Below, piece after piece: positions 30,869 to 39,976 of a stretch of DNA of 64,000 nt; the stretch's first letter is position 1; each line of letters begins with the position of its first letter. The stretch covers positions 12,088 to 76,087 of the forward strand of contig JAFSRI010000001.1 of assembly GCA_017446155.1 (NCBI GenBank). The letters run 5' to 3'. A program made the position numbers and the translations under genes. Under the pieces are notes generated by a model that was not told where the DNA came from, did no database searches, and worked only from the letters and a program-made list of their open reading frames with translations. This stretch comes from Clostridia bacterium (lineage in GTDB: Bacteria > Bacillota > Clostridia > Oscillospirales > CAG-272).

Positions 30869-31615
30869 ATGTATAGTTTTGACGTAAAGCAAAACGCTGA
30901 GGCGTGTATAAAATGGATAAACGACTGGTTTGATAAAAACGGCGCGGGTTGTCGCGCGGTCGTCGGAATATCCGGCGGAAAAGACAGTTCGCTTGTCGCG
31001 GCGCTTTGTGCTCGCGCGCTTGGCAAAGGCCGTGTGCTCGGCGTGCTTATGCCTCAGGGCGAACAGGCTGACATAAATTTTTCGAACGAGATATGTGAAT
31101 TTCTCGGTATTGAATGCGTCACCGTAAACATAGAAAACACGGTAAAGGCGGCGGAGAACGAAATAAGAAAATCTGTTTCACTGACCCCGCAGGCGACGCA
31201 AAACCTTCCGCCGCGAATACGCATGGCGACACTTTACGCCGTTTCGCAAAGTGTGAACGGCCGAGTGGCAAACACCTGCAATCTTTCGGAAGATTGGGTT
31301 GGATATTCAACCCGTTACGGCGACAGTGCGGGAGATTTTTCCCCAATTTCGCATTTCACCGTGACGGAAGTAAAACAGATAGGCGCATATCTCGGCATTC
31401 CCGAACGGTTTATGGCAAAGCCACCCGCCGACGGGCTTTGCGGAAAAACGGATGAGGAAAACCTCGGTTTTACTTATGCCGAGCTTGATAAATATATTAG
31501 GGAAGGTATAGAACCTTCGCCCGATAAAAAAGAGAGGATCGATCGCCGTCACGCGCAAAACCTCTTTAAATTGCAACTTATGCCGTCGTTCGATCCCGAC
31601 ATCGAAACAATATAA
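30869..31615 (+). CDS. nadE: NH3-dependent NAD+ synthetase
   Basis: GISGGKDS, NLPPRIRM, GYSTRYGD, KPPADGL. Confidence 0.93.
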   Translation: MYSFDVKQNAEACIKWINDWFDKNGAGCRAVVGISGGKDSSLVAALCARALGKGRVLGVLMPQGEQADINFSNEICEFLGIECVTVNIENTVKAAENEIRKSVSLTPQATQNLPPRIRMATLYAVSQSVNGRVANTCNLSEDWVGYSTRYGDSAGDFSPISHFTVTEVKQIGAYLGIPERFMAKPPADGLCGKTDEENLGFTYAELDKYIREGIEPSPDKKERIDRRHAQNLFKLQLMPSFDPDIETI

Positions 31616-31617
31616 AA

Positions 31618-31664
31618 ATATCCCCATAGACATGTCATCATTTATTCATGCGCTATGGGGATAT
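31618..31664. terminator. Long hairpin between convergent nadE and the malic enzyme gene
   Basis: ATATCCCCATAG...CTATGGGGATAT. Confidence 0.65.
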
Positions 31665-31696
31665 TATCGTTCTGATATGAAATAAAAATTACATTA

Positions 31697-32875
31697 TTAT
31701 TTCCTTGCCACTCCGCATTTTCTTGCGGCTTCTTCAACGGCTTTCGCAACCGTGCCTACCACTCTTTGATCGAACACGTCGGGGAGCACAGCCTCTTTTG
31801 TAAGCGGAGCGGGAGCAAGCGACGCCAGCGCGTATGCGGCGGCGAGTTTCATTTCTTCTGTGATGTCGCTCGCGCGGCAGTCGAGCGTCCCGCGGAAAAC
31901 ACCGGGGAAAGCGAGGAGGTTGTTTATTTGGTTCTTAAAGTCGCTTCTGCCTGAGCCCACGACAGCTGCGCCGGCCTCTTCCGCCTCGGAGGGGAGTATC
32001 TCGGGGGTGGGGTTTGCCATGGCAAAGACAATCGCGTCCTTCGCCATCGTTTTCACCATTTCTTTTGTGAGTATTTTAGGCGCCGAAACACCGAGGAACA
32101 GATCCGCTCCCTTGATAACGTCGCCGAGCGAACCCGAAAGGTTCTCGGGGTTCGATGTCTGCGCGAGTTTTGCCTGAGCGGAATTGAGGTCGGTTCTGTC
32201 GCGGCTGATAGCCCCTCGGCTGTTGACGTAAATAATGTTTGTTGCCCCCGCAAGCGTGAGGAGATTTCCGATAGCCGTGCCGGCAGCGCCCGCGCCGCTT
32301 ATGACGATCTTTATCTTCGATATTTCTTTGTTTACGAGTTTAAGTGAGTTTGTTACAGCCGCAAGCGCAACGATCGCCGTGCCGTGCTGGTCGTCGTGGA
32401 ATATCGGAATGTGACACGTTTCTTTCAGCTTCTGTTCAATTTCAAAACAACGGGGTGCGGAGATGTCTTCTAGATTTATCCCGCCGAAACTGTCCTGAAT
32501 GAGCTGTACCGTGCGGATTATCTCATCCGGGTCGCGCGAATCTATGCATATCGGTATTGCGTCTATCCCGGCAAAGCGCGAGAACAAAAGGCATTTGCCC
32601 TCCATAACGGGCATACCGGCAACCGCCCCTATATCGCCGAGCCCGAGCACCGCCGAACCGTCGGTAACCACGGCTATTGTGTTCCACCTGCGTGTGTAGT
32701 CGTAGGAAAGGTCGTGGTTTTTTTGAATTTCAAGGCACGGCTGCGCTACGCCCGGCGTATATGCCAGGGAAAGGTCTTCTCTGCTATCGACGGGTATCGC
32801 CGGAACGACGTGGATCTTGCCCTTCCATTCGCCGTGTTTTTCAAGTGATCTTTCAGCTATTGTTTTTTCTGCCAT
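31697..32875 (-). CDS. NAD(P)-dependent malic enzyme
   Basis: [38 protein letters not shown]. Confidence 0.95.
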   Translation of the reverse strand: MAEKTIAERSLEKHGEWKGKIHVVPAIPVDSREDLSLAYTPGVAQPCLEIQKNHDLSYDYTRRWNTIAVVTDGSAVLGLGDIGAVAGMPVMEGKCLLFSRFAGIDAIPICIDSRDPDEIIRTVQLIQDSFGGINLEDISAPRCFEIEQKLKETCHIPIFHDDQHGTAIVALAAVTNSLKLVNKEISKIKIVISGAGAAGTAIGNLLTLAGATNIIYVNSRGAISRDRTDLNSAQAKLAQTSNPENLSGSLGDVIKGADLFLGVSAPKILTKEMVKTMAKDAIVFAMANPTPEILPSEAEEAGAAVVGSGRSDFKNQINNLLAFPGVFRGTLDCRASDITEEMKLAAAYALASLAPAPLTKEAVLPDVFDQRVVGTVAKAVEEAARKCGVARK

Positions 32876-33224
32876 GTTTTTCACCTCTGTGTTTTTTATT
32901 CAACTGATTTTATCACAGTTTTATCTAAAACGCAAGGGTTATTGTTCATTATTTTAACGTTTGTGGTCCGCATCTGTTTTTGACTTTTAAAAACGTCTTT
33001 TTAAAATTTTACGTCAGTTGCGTTATCGGAGGTGCGATTTTTCTGACATCTGCGATTTTTTCGGTATTAAAAAATGCATAAAGATAAAAAGTCATGCTCC
33101 GGCAACATTTGTCATTTAAGACGCGGTCAAGTCTGAAAATCGGTGTGAAATAGAAAACGTCGGGCAAAGCACGGCTTTTGATATATAAAGCCGAGAGCGG
33201 ATGAAAAATGTTTTTGTCAAACAA

Positions 33225-33253
33225 TTGACAATCGCGCGGGGATAGGTTATAAT
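33225..33253 (+). promoter_or_regulatory. Sigma-A promoter of the nusB operon
   Basis: TTGACA-N17-TATAAT. Confidence 0.8.
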
Positions 33254-33290
33254 TTAAGATGAAAAACAAGAGTTTGAAAGGTAAACGACT

Positions 33291-33695
33291 ATGGCATTAT
33301 CAAGACGCGACGCGAGAGAGTGTGCGTTGAAAGTTCTTTACGGATATGAATTTTCAAAATGCAATGACGCAGACGATTTTTTCGATTTCACCTGTGCCGA
33401 GGGAGAAATAATATCCGACGAATTTTCAAAAAAGCTGTTTCTCACCACAGTCGCAAACGTTGAAGAAATTGACGAGACGATAGAAAAATATCTTAAAGGT
33501 TGGAAAAAGAACAGAATATCGAAAATAACGCTTTCCGTTCTTCGTATGTGCGTGTGTGAGATGAAGTATTTTGATGACATCCCCGCGGCAGTATCAATGA
33601 ACGAGGCGGTTGAACTTGCAAAAAAATTTGACGATGACGACGCGCCGAAATTTGTCAACGGTATTGCCAACTCTGTGTCAAAGGAACTGAAATGA
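33291..33695 (+). CDS. nusB: Transcription antitermination factor NusB
   Basis: RRDARE, VSMNEAVELAKKF, FVNGI. Confidence 0.93.
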   Translation: MALSRRDARECALKVLYGYEFSKCNDADDFFDFTCAEGEIISDEFSKKLFLTTVANVEEIDETIEKYLKGWKKNRISKITLSVLRMCVCEMKYFDDIPAAVSMNEAVELAKKFDDDDAPKFVNGIANSVSKELK

Positions 33696-34630
33696 AAATA
33701 CTCGGAATCGACACAAGCAATTACACAACGTCGCTTGCGGTCGTAAGCGACGGCGGATATATAAACGAACGGCGGATACTCGATGTCGCCGTAGGCGAGC
33801 GCGGGTTGCGTCAAAGCAACGCGCTCTTTTTGCACACGAAAAATCTTCCTGAACTTTTTGAAAAATTAGGTGACATAGACAAAACAGACGCCATAGCTGT
33901 GAGCGACAAGCCGCGCGACGAGGACGGCTCATATATGCCGTGTTTTCTTGCAGGAGTAGCGGCGGCGAGCGCCGCGGCAAAAGCGGCCGGCGCGCCGATA
34001 TATCGTTTTTCTCATCAGGCGGGGCATATAATGGCGGCGGCAATGACGTCGGATGAGCCGTCGATAATAGAAAAACCGCTGCTCTGCTTTCATGTTTCAG
34101 GCGGCACGACCGAGCTTGTGTATGCCATCCCCGACGACGACCGCGGTTTTGCGGTAAAAGTCATAGGCGGAACGCTTGACATAAGCGCGGGGCAACTCAT
34201 CGACCGAACGGGCGTATTGATAGGACTTAAATTCCCATGCGGAAACGAACTTGAAAAACTGGCGCAAGGCGGCAAATCGACAAAAGTGAAAATATCAAAA
34301 AAAGGTGCGTTCTGCAACTATTCGGGTGCTGAAAACATTGTGCAAAAAATGCTGGCGCAAGGTTTTTCGCAAAGCGACGTCGCACGGTTTGCGCTCGATT
34401 ACTGCGCCGAGGCAATAATTGCTTCGGTCAGAAGTGCAAGAGAGGAGTTTTCCGACGTTCCGGTATTGTTCGCCGGTGGGGTGATGAGAAACAAAATAAT
34501 AAGGGCAAAAATATTATGCGAAATAAAAAATGCATATTTTGGCTCGGTGGAACTTTCATCCGACAACGCGGTTGGGGTTGCGTGGCTCGGCATGAAAAAG
34601 CACGAAAGGATAAAAAATGGAGCAAACTGA
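33692..34630 (+). CDS. TsaD/Kae1-like ASKHA protein (paralogue)
   Basis: ILGIDTS, HQAGH, VSGGTT, GQLIDR, SDNA. Confidence 0.8.
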   Translation: MKILGIDTSNYTTSLAVVSDGGYINERRILDVAVGERGLRQSNALFLHTKNLPELFEKLGDIDKTDAIAVSDKPRDEDGSYMPCFLAGVAAASAAAKAAGAPIYRFSHQAGHIMAAAMTSDEPSIIEKPLLCFHVSGGTTELVYAIPDDDRGFAVKVIGGTLDISAGQLIDRTGVLIGLKFPCGNELEKLAQGGKSTKVKISKKGAFCNYSGAENIVQKMLAQGFSQSDVARFALDYCAEAIIASVRSAREEFSDVPVLFAGGVMRNKIIRAKILCEIKNAYFGSVELSSDNAVGVAWLGMKKHERIKNGAN

Positions 34631-35867
34631 ACGCGAAGTGATTTCTGTCACAGAGCTTAACTTGTATATAAAAGATAAGATAGAGAGCGACTTTTTGCTT
34701 CGCGGTATTTTGGTGCGCGGTGAAATATCAAACTTTAAAAGATATTCAAGCGGACATTGTTATTTTACGCTCAAAGACGAGGCCTGCGCCGTGCGCGCCG
34801 TGATGTTCAAATTCGACGCGTTGAGTCTTAACTTTCAGCCGACGGACGGCATGAAAGTGATAGCACTCGGACGAGCGGGAGTTTATGAGCGCGACGGACA
34901 ATACCAGCTCTACGTTTCGCAGATGCGACAAGACGGGCTCGGCTCGCTTTATGAGGCATATGAAAACCTGAAAGCAAAACTAAACGCCGAGGGCTTATTT
35001 GACGAAAACAAAAAACGCCCGATACCCGAATTTCCGAATAGAATCGGCGTTATAACTTCGCCCACGGGCGCGGCTGTGCGAGACATAATAAACATCACCG
35101 GCAGGCGCTATCCAAGCGCTGAGGTAGTCGTTTATCCGGCAATTGTGCAAGGATCGGAGTCCGTTCCGACACTGCTCGCCGGTTTAAATTATTTCGGATA
35201 TACAAAGTTAACAGACGTAATTATCATCGGCCGCGGCGGCGGGTCGATTGAGGACCTCTGGTCCTTCAACGACGAGCGCGTGGTACGCGCTGTGGCGGCG
35301 TCGCCCGTGCCTGTGATATCGGCGGTGGGCCATGAAACCGACTTCACCCTCTGCGACTTTGCGGCAGATCTTCGCGCCCCGACGCCGTCCGCCGCCGCGG
35401 AATGTGCAACACCGGACCGCGAGCAGCTGACGGAACGGATAGCACAAACAAAATCGCGCCTGACGGTATTGACAGAAAAAGAAATTTCAGCACGGAAAGA
35501 TAAACTTAAAAGGCTTTCTTCGTCAAGAGTCCTTACCGACCCGCAAAATTTTATTCTGGACAGAAAAGTCGCGCTCGATATAATAACCGAAAAATTGACC
35601 GATAAATTAAAAATACAAATTCAAAATAAAAAAACGGAGCTGAAAGAGCATACGGCTACGCTTAACGCGTTAAATCCGCTTTCCGTCCTCTCGCGCGGAT
35701 ATTCCGCCGCGTTTGATGAAAACGGAAATGTGATAAAAAGTATAAACCAAATTAAAAACGGCGAAAAAATTTCGACGAAAGTATCGGACGGAACAATAAT
35801 TTCAACGGTCATGTCAACTGAAATGAATGAGGTAAAAAAGCATGGAAAAGAAAAAAATGAGTTTTGA
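34617..35867 (+). CDS. xseA: Exodeoxyribonuclease VII large subunit
   Basis: GHCYFTLKD, RGGGSIEDLW, SAVGHETD, APTPSAAA. Confidence 0.96.
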   Translation: MEQTEREVISVTELNLYIKDKIESDFLLRGILVRGEISNFKRYSSGHCYFTLKDEACAVRAVMFKFDALSLNFQPTDGMKVIALGRAGVYERDGQYQLYVSQMRQDGLGSLYEAYENLKAKLNAEGLFDENKKRPIPEFPNRIGVITSPTGAAVRDIINITGRRYPSAEVVVYPAIVQGSESVPTLLAGLNYFGYTKLTDVIIIGRGGGSIEDLWSFNDERVVRAVAASPVPVISAVGHETDFTLCDFAADLRAPTPSAAAECATPDREQLTERIAQTKSRLTVLTEKEISARKDKLKRLSSSRVLTDPQNFILDRKVALDIITEKLTDKLKIQIQNKKTELKEHTATLNALNPLSVLSRGYSAAFDENGNVIKSINQIKNGEKISTKVSDGTIISTVMSTEMNEVKKHGKEKNEF

Positions 35868-36072
35868 AGAAGCACTCGCCAGACTTGACGAAATCGTCGG
35901 ATCAATGGAAAACGGCAAAGCGGAACTTGATGAGCTTCTTTCGCTGTTTGAGGAAGGCGTTTCGCTTGTAAAACTGTGCAACAGCAAACTAAATTCCGCC
36001 GAAAGAAAAATCAAACTCGTAAAAGCTAACGGCGACGAAGTACCGTTTGAAAACACGGCGGAGGAAATTTAA
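35842..36072 (+). CDS. xseB: Exodeoxyribonuclease VII small subunit
   Basis: SFEEALARLDEIV...LFEEGV. Confidence 0.93.
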   Translation: MEKKKMSFEEALARLDEIVGSMENGKAELDELLSLFEEGVSLVKLCNSKLNSAERKIKLVKANGDEVPFENTAEEI

Positions 36073-36959
36073 TGGATATTTCCTCTCTTATGAAAGAAAA
36101 TGCGGCGGCGCTTATGCCGGCGCTTGAAGAAAACTTAAAAACGCCTGATGAATCGCTTGAAACGCTTTATTCCGCCATGCGATACAGCGCGCTGTCCGGC
36201 GGTAAGCGCATCCGCCCTTATCTTGTCAACCGTTTTTGCCGGCTTTTCGGCGGAGATGAAAAAGCTGCGATACCGTTTGAATGTGCAATAGAATACGTTC
36301 ACGCTTCGTCGCTTATTCACGACGATATGCCGTGTATGGACAACGACGACCTTCGACGCGGCAAACCTACAAACCACGTGGTTTACGGCGAGGATATTGC
36401 ACTGCTTGCAGGCGACGCGCTTATCACCCGCGGATATGAAATAGCGGCAACAAATCCTTTTGTTTCACCCGAGATCGCACTTCACGCGACGAAACTGATA
36501 CTCGGAAATGCAGGCGGAGAAGGAATGATGGGCGGTCAGCAGATAGACTTGTTGGCGGAAAGAGAAAAACCGTCGTATGAATTGTTGCTTAAAATGCACG
36601 AAAAAAAGACGGGGGCGCTTATACGCACCGCCGCCTTGCTCGGTTGTGCCGCGGCGGGGATAATCGATGAAACCGACGAGCGTTATAAAGCCGCTGACGA
36701 ATATGCGCGCGGAATAGGTTTAGCGTTTCAGATCATCGACGACATACTCGACGTGGAAGGTGACGCCGCGATACTCGGCAAAGCCGTTCATGCCGACGCA
36801 AAGGAAGGCAAAACGACGTTCATTTCGTTTATGACGCCCGCCAAAGCCCGAGAATATGCAAGGCAAGTGACCGAAAACGCCGCTGACGCCATACGCAAAT
36901 ATCCCGCCTCGGACGAGCTCGTCGAATTTGCATACTTTTTACTTAAACGCAATAAATAA
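36072..36959 (+). CDS. ispA: Geranyltranstransferase / polyprenyl synthetase
   Basis: GGKRIRP, HDDMPCMD..RRG, FQIIDDILD. Confidence 0.93.
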   Translation: MDISSLMKENAAALMPALEENLKTPDESLETLYSAMRYSALSGGKRIRPYLVNRFCRLFGGDEKAAIPFECAIEYVHASSLIHDDMPCMDNDDLRRGKPTNHVVYGEDIALLAGDALITRGYEIAATNPFVSPEIALHATKLILGNAGGEGMMGGQQIDLLAEREKPSYELLLKMHEKKTGALIRTAALLGCAAAGIIDETDERYKAADEYARGIGLAFQIIDDILDVEGDAAILGKAVHADAKEGKTTFISFMTPAKAREYARQVTENAADAIRKYPASDELVEFAYFLLKRNK

Positions 36960-37012
36960 CACAAAAATCCACCGTTTTGCATATAATTTCAGCAAGACGG
37001 GGGATTTTTTAT

Positions 37013-37654
37013 ATGAATTGTCATTTCAGAAAAAGAAACCGCGGAAAACGCTTTTTGGTAATCGTCGCTCTGCTGTCGGCGGTAGCTGTTTTTTTGCTTA
37101 TTTACACAAACAGAAAGCTCGACTCGCTTGTAAAAGACGTCGCCGTGCCGCAATTGCAAAACATGATAACTCAAACAGTAAATCAAGCGATAGAAACAGT
37201 CGCCTCGGGCTACGAGGCGAATTTTGTCAAACTCACCCGTGACGCAAACGGGAAAATCGTGTCTATCGAAACAGACACTCAACTGATAAACCGTTTTCGC
37301 GCCGAAGTAACCGACGAAATATCGCGTCTGCTCGATGAGAAAACAAGCTATTATGTTTATATTTCCCTTTCAAATGTTTATGACGACGAGATCGTCCTCG
37401 GAAATTTTCCGAATCTAAAACTTAAAGCAAACGTAGAACCGAATGGCGGCGCCGAAACAAGCGTTATAAGTTCGCTCACATCCGCCGGAATAAACCAATC
37501 GCTTCACAAAATTGAATTGTCCGTCGATATAACGGTAAAAGCCCTGCTCCTCATTTCAACCGTTGACGTAAACTCAAAAACCAACGTTTGCGTCGCCGAA
37601 ACAGTGATAATAGGCGATGTGCCGAGTGTGTTTTTAGGCGAAAACATCTCCTGA
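37013..37654 (+). CDS. yunB: Sporulation protein YunB
   Basis: N-terminal TM, SAGINQSLH, AETVIIGDVP; CATATAAT sigma-E-like -10 at ~36980. Confidence 0.85.
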   Translation: MNCHFRKRNRGKRFLVIVALLSAVAVFLLIYTNRKLDSLVKDVAVPQLQNMITQTVNQAIETVASGYEANFVKLTRDANGKIVSIETDTQLINRFRAEVTDEISRLLDEKTSYYVYISLSNVYDDEIVLGNFPNLKLKANVEPNGGAETSVISSLTSAGINQSLHKIELSVDITVKALLLISTVDVNSKTNVCVAETVIIGDVPSVFLGENIS

Positions 37655-37658
37655 CCGC

Positions 37659-38546
37659 TCACACACCGGAATAATCGAAATCCGGAATGAAACTTTCCTT
37701 TGCCGCCGAGCCGCCTTGAATATACGCGTTCTTTATTCCCAATTTTTCCGCCGCGTCAATCACCTTTGAATATTCATATTTTGTCAGTTTTCTGTTAAGT
37801 TCAGGATATTTCTCGTTTTTAACAAGCGGAGTATATTGGCTCATAATGCTTATTATTATATCGTCGCCATATGTACCCGCCAAATATTTTAACACGTTGA
37901 TCGAATCATCCGTGTGCGACGGGAGCACAAGGTGACGCACGATCACCCCTTGCTTGATCAGCCCGTTTTCATCGAAAACGGGCTTTCCTTTTGTTTTAAC
38001 CATTGCACCAAGTGCGCTTTTTGCCACATCGGGATAATCCCCGGCAAAAGAAAATTTGCCCGCAAGCTCGCCCGACATATATTTAAAATCCGTCAAATAT
38101 ACGTCAACCGTTCCGTCGAGTGAGTTTATCGTTTTTTCAAGCTCATATCCGCCGGTGTTCCACACAACAGGCAGCGTCAGCCCCCGTTTGCGAGCTGTGG
38201 CAACCGCCTCTTTTATCTGCTCGGCAAAATGCGTCGGGGTGACGAGATTTATATTGTGCGCGCCTTGTTTTTCAAGTTCGAAAAAAATATCGGTAAGCCT
38301 GTTTATGCTCACTTCTTTTCCGACTTTCCCGCGTGAAATCTCTTTGTTCTGGCAGTAAACGCACCCGAGATTGCACCCCGAAAAGAACACCGTGCCGGAA
38401 CCTTTTGTTCCCGAAACACACGGCTCTTCCCAAAAATGCAGCGCCGCGCGCGCAATCCTCACGGCGTTGCTCTCGCCGCAATATCCCCGTGTTTCGGCTC
38501 TGTTCGCGCCGCATCCCCGCGGACAAATATTGCATATATCAGCCAT
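37659..38546 (-). CDS. Radical SAM protein, PflX-like
   Basis: CPRGC, HFWEEPC, CNLGCVYC, NINLVTPTH, RHLVLP. Confidence 0.9.
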   Translation of the reverse strand: MADICNICPRGCGANRAETRGYCGESNAVRIARAALHFWEEPCVSGTKGSGTVFFSGCNLGCVYCQNKEISRGKVGKEVSINRLTDIFFELEKQGAHNINLVTPTHFAEQIKEAVATARKRGLTLPVVWNTGGYELEKTINSLDGTVDVYLTDFKYMSGELAGKFSFAGDYPDVAKSALGAMVKTKGKPVFDENGLIKQGVIVRHLVLPSHTDDSINVLKYLAGTYGDDIIISIMSQYTPLVKNEKYPELNRKLTKYEYSKVIDAAEKLGIKNAYIQGGSAAKESFIPDFDYSGV

Positions 38547-38632
38547 AGTTTTTTCTCTTTTCTTTTTACTTTTAAGCAGTATCCGTCATCCGAATACGCA
38601 AGAGTATTTCGGGCGCGTTTGTCTTACATTTT

Positions 38633-38849
38633 TTACGCAAATACGACAAGAGCAAGCCCCGCCGCAAGAAAAGCTATTCCCACCGAAAACTCAATTATAC
38701 CTACACGCTTTGCATATCCATCACGTCTGCCGGCTTTGAGATTGTCTTCAAATCCGTTGATAAGATCATTTTTTTCTGAAATATATAAAATAACCGAACA
38801 ATGTAAATGCCGCTCCAAGCAAAACCGCAACGATTTTTAGTGTCAGCAT
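38633..38849 (-). pseudogene. Small 2-TM membrane protein split by a frameshift at an A7 run
   Basis: ATG 38849 gives MLTLKIVAVLLGAAFTLFGYFIYFRKK-stop; another frame continues NDLINGFEDNLKAGRRDGYAKRVGIIEFSVGIAFLAAGLALVVFA. Confidence 0.65.
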
Positions 38850-38887
38850 AAGTCATTCCCTTTTCAACACAAAAAATACGGCAGCAA

Positions 38888-39352
38888 TCAGTCCGATATG
38901 CGAAATAATGAATAGCGTGGGCCTTCCGCGCCGATTTTCCCATTTGCAACAAAACCGCATTTTTCAAGAACTCTTTGTGAAGCAGTATTGTCAATTTCAG
39001 TTTCGGCTTCTATTGCGTTTATATCCAAATTTTCAAAAGCCCATTTTACCGCCGCTTTAACAGCTTCCGTTGCATATCCGCTGCCCTGATATTCTTCCAT
39101 AATGCCATAGCCGATTTCAGTTATGCCATTTGAAATGAGTCCTTTAAAACACAAATCACCTATATGTGTTCCGTCGCTTAATTCAATTATCCACATCGCA
39201 AACAACTCCCATTGTTCCGGATTCAAAAGACATCCTTGTAACATTTCCGAATAAGCCGATTTAAGTTCAACGTCTGTTTCAGCGGCGATAAATGCTTCCA
39301 TTTGTTCCTGCGTTGCGGGATATATCCTCAATCGTTCCGTTTCTAAAACCAT
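38888..39352 (-). CDS. GNAT (RimJ/RimL-type) N-acetyltransferase
   Basis: LETERL, EIGYGI..YQGSGYATEAV, NTASQRVLEKCGF. Confidence 0.9.
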   Translation of the reverse strand: MVLETERLRIYPATQEQMEAFIAAETDVELKSAYSEMLQGCLLNPEQWELFAMWIIELSDGTHIGDLCFKGLISNGITEIGYGIMEEYQGSGYATEAVKAAVKWAFENLDINAIEAETEIDNTASQRVLEKCGFVANGKIGAEGPRYSLFRISD

Positions 39353-39394
39353 ATTTCGTCTGCCTTTCTCAGCAACACCACGCACTCCACGTGC
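39343..39394 (-). repeat. Second copy of the rlmD 3'-end motif (putative internal att site)
   Basis: G CAC GTG GAG TGC GTG GTG TTG CTG AGA AAG (HVECVVLLRK) versus rlmD G CAT GTG GAA ACA GTA GTC TTG ATG TCA AAG (HVETVVLMSK). Confidence 0.75.
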
Positions 39395-39528
39395 TTTGGA
39401 GCAGCAGGTCAAATAAAAGGGATTGTATTCGACCCGCTGACTCGTCCCAATAAAGGAATTGGCAATTCCCCGGTATGAGCAAGGGTCGTGACAGTAAGTT
39501 GAATATCGGCAAATCGCCAAACCGGGAT

Positions 39529-39945
39529 CTATCTTCGTTTGTATAAAACAATTTCCGGATCGGAACCATTGTAGCCGTACTCACAAATAAGAATGAAATC
39601 TTCATTTGCGACAACGCCGTAACAACGTTCAGAATCCTGCCTTTCAATTTGATTTCCAAGGTAGATGTCTTTATCGTTCAGAAATTTAACTGTTGTTCCA
39701 TTGGAAAGAGGATACTCAAGATTCACATACGCCCCGGTAAGCAAATTCAGATCATCCACAATCAATCCACCTATACCCAATGCATTGATCTCTTCAATTA
39801 ACTGTTGTTTAAGTTCTGAAAAATTACTATTTCGTTCGGCAACGCAGCTGCCGCCGAACGGATGTCCTTGGCACTGTTCACACCCTCCGCACGCCAATAG
39901 CCTATCACATTCTTTACAGCAATTTTTTCCACAATACGTCATCAT
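39529..39945 (-). CDS. Cys-rich protein, DUF3795-like
   Basis: YCGKNCCKEC...CGGCEQCQGHPFGGSC; NLEYPL, YLGNQIE, CEYG..GSDPEIVLYKRR; AAGGAGG RBS. Confidence 0.75.
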   Translation of the reverse strand: MMTYCGKNCCKECDRLLACGGCEQCQGHPFGGSCVAERNSNFSELKQQLIEEINALGIGGLIVDDLNLLTGAYVNLEYPLSNGTTVKFLNDKDIYLGNQIERQDSERCYGVVANEDFILICEYGYNGSDPEIVLYKRR

Positions 39946-39976
39946 ATGTTATACCTCCTTATCAAACATAAATTGC

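Noticed and set aside
38850-38900. Third rlmD-tail copy (…GTG TTG AAA AGG GAA TGA) before the frameshifted gene
   Set aside because: It lacks the HVE core, so the similarity is too weak to call.
39353-39520. 56-aa N-terminal extension of the GNAT ORF
   Set aside because: The domain starts at MVLETERL; the extension is the att-like and hairpin spacer.
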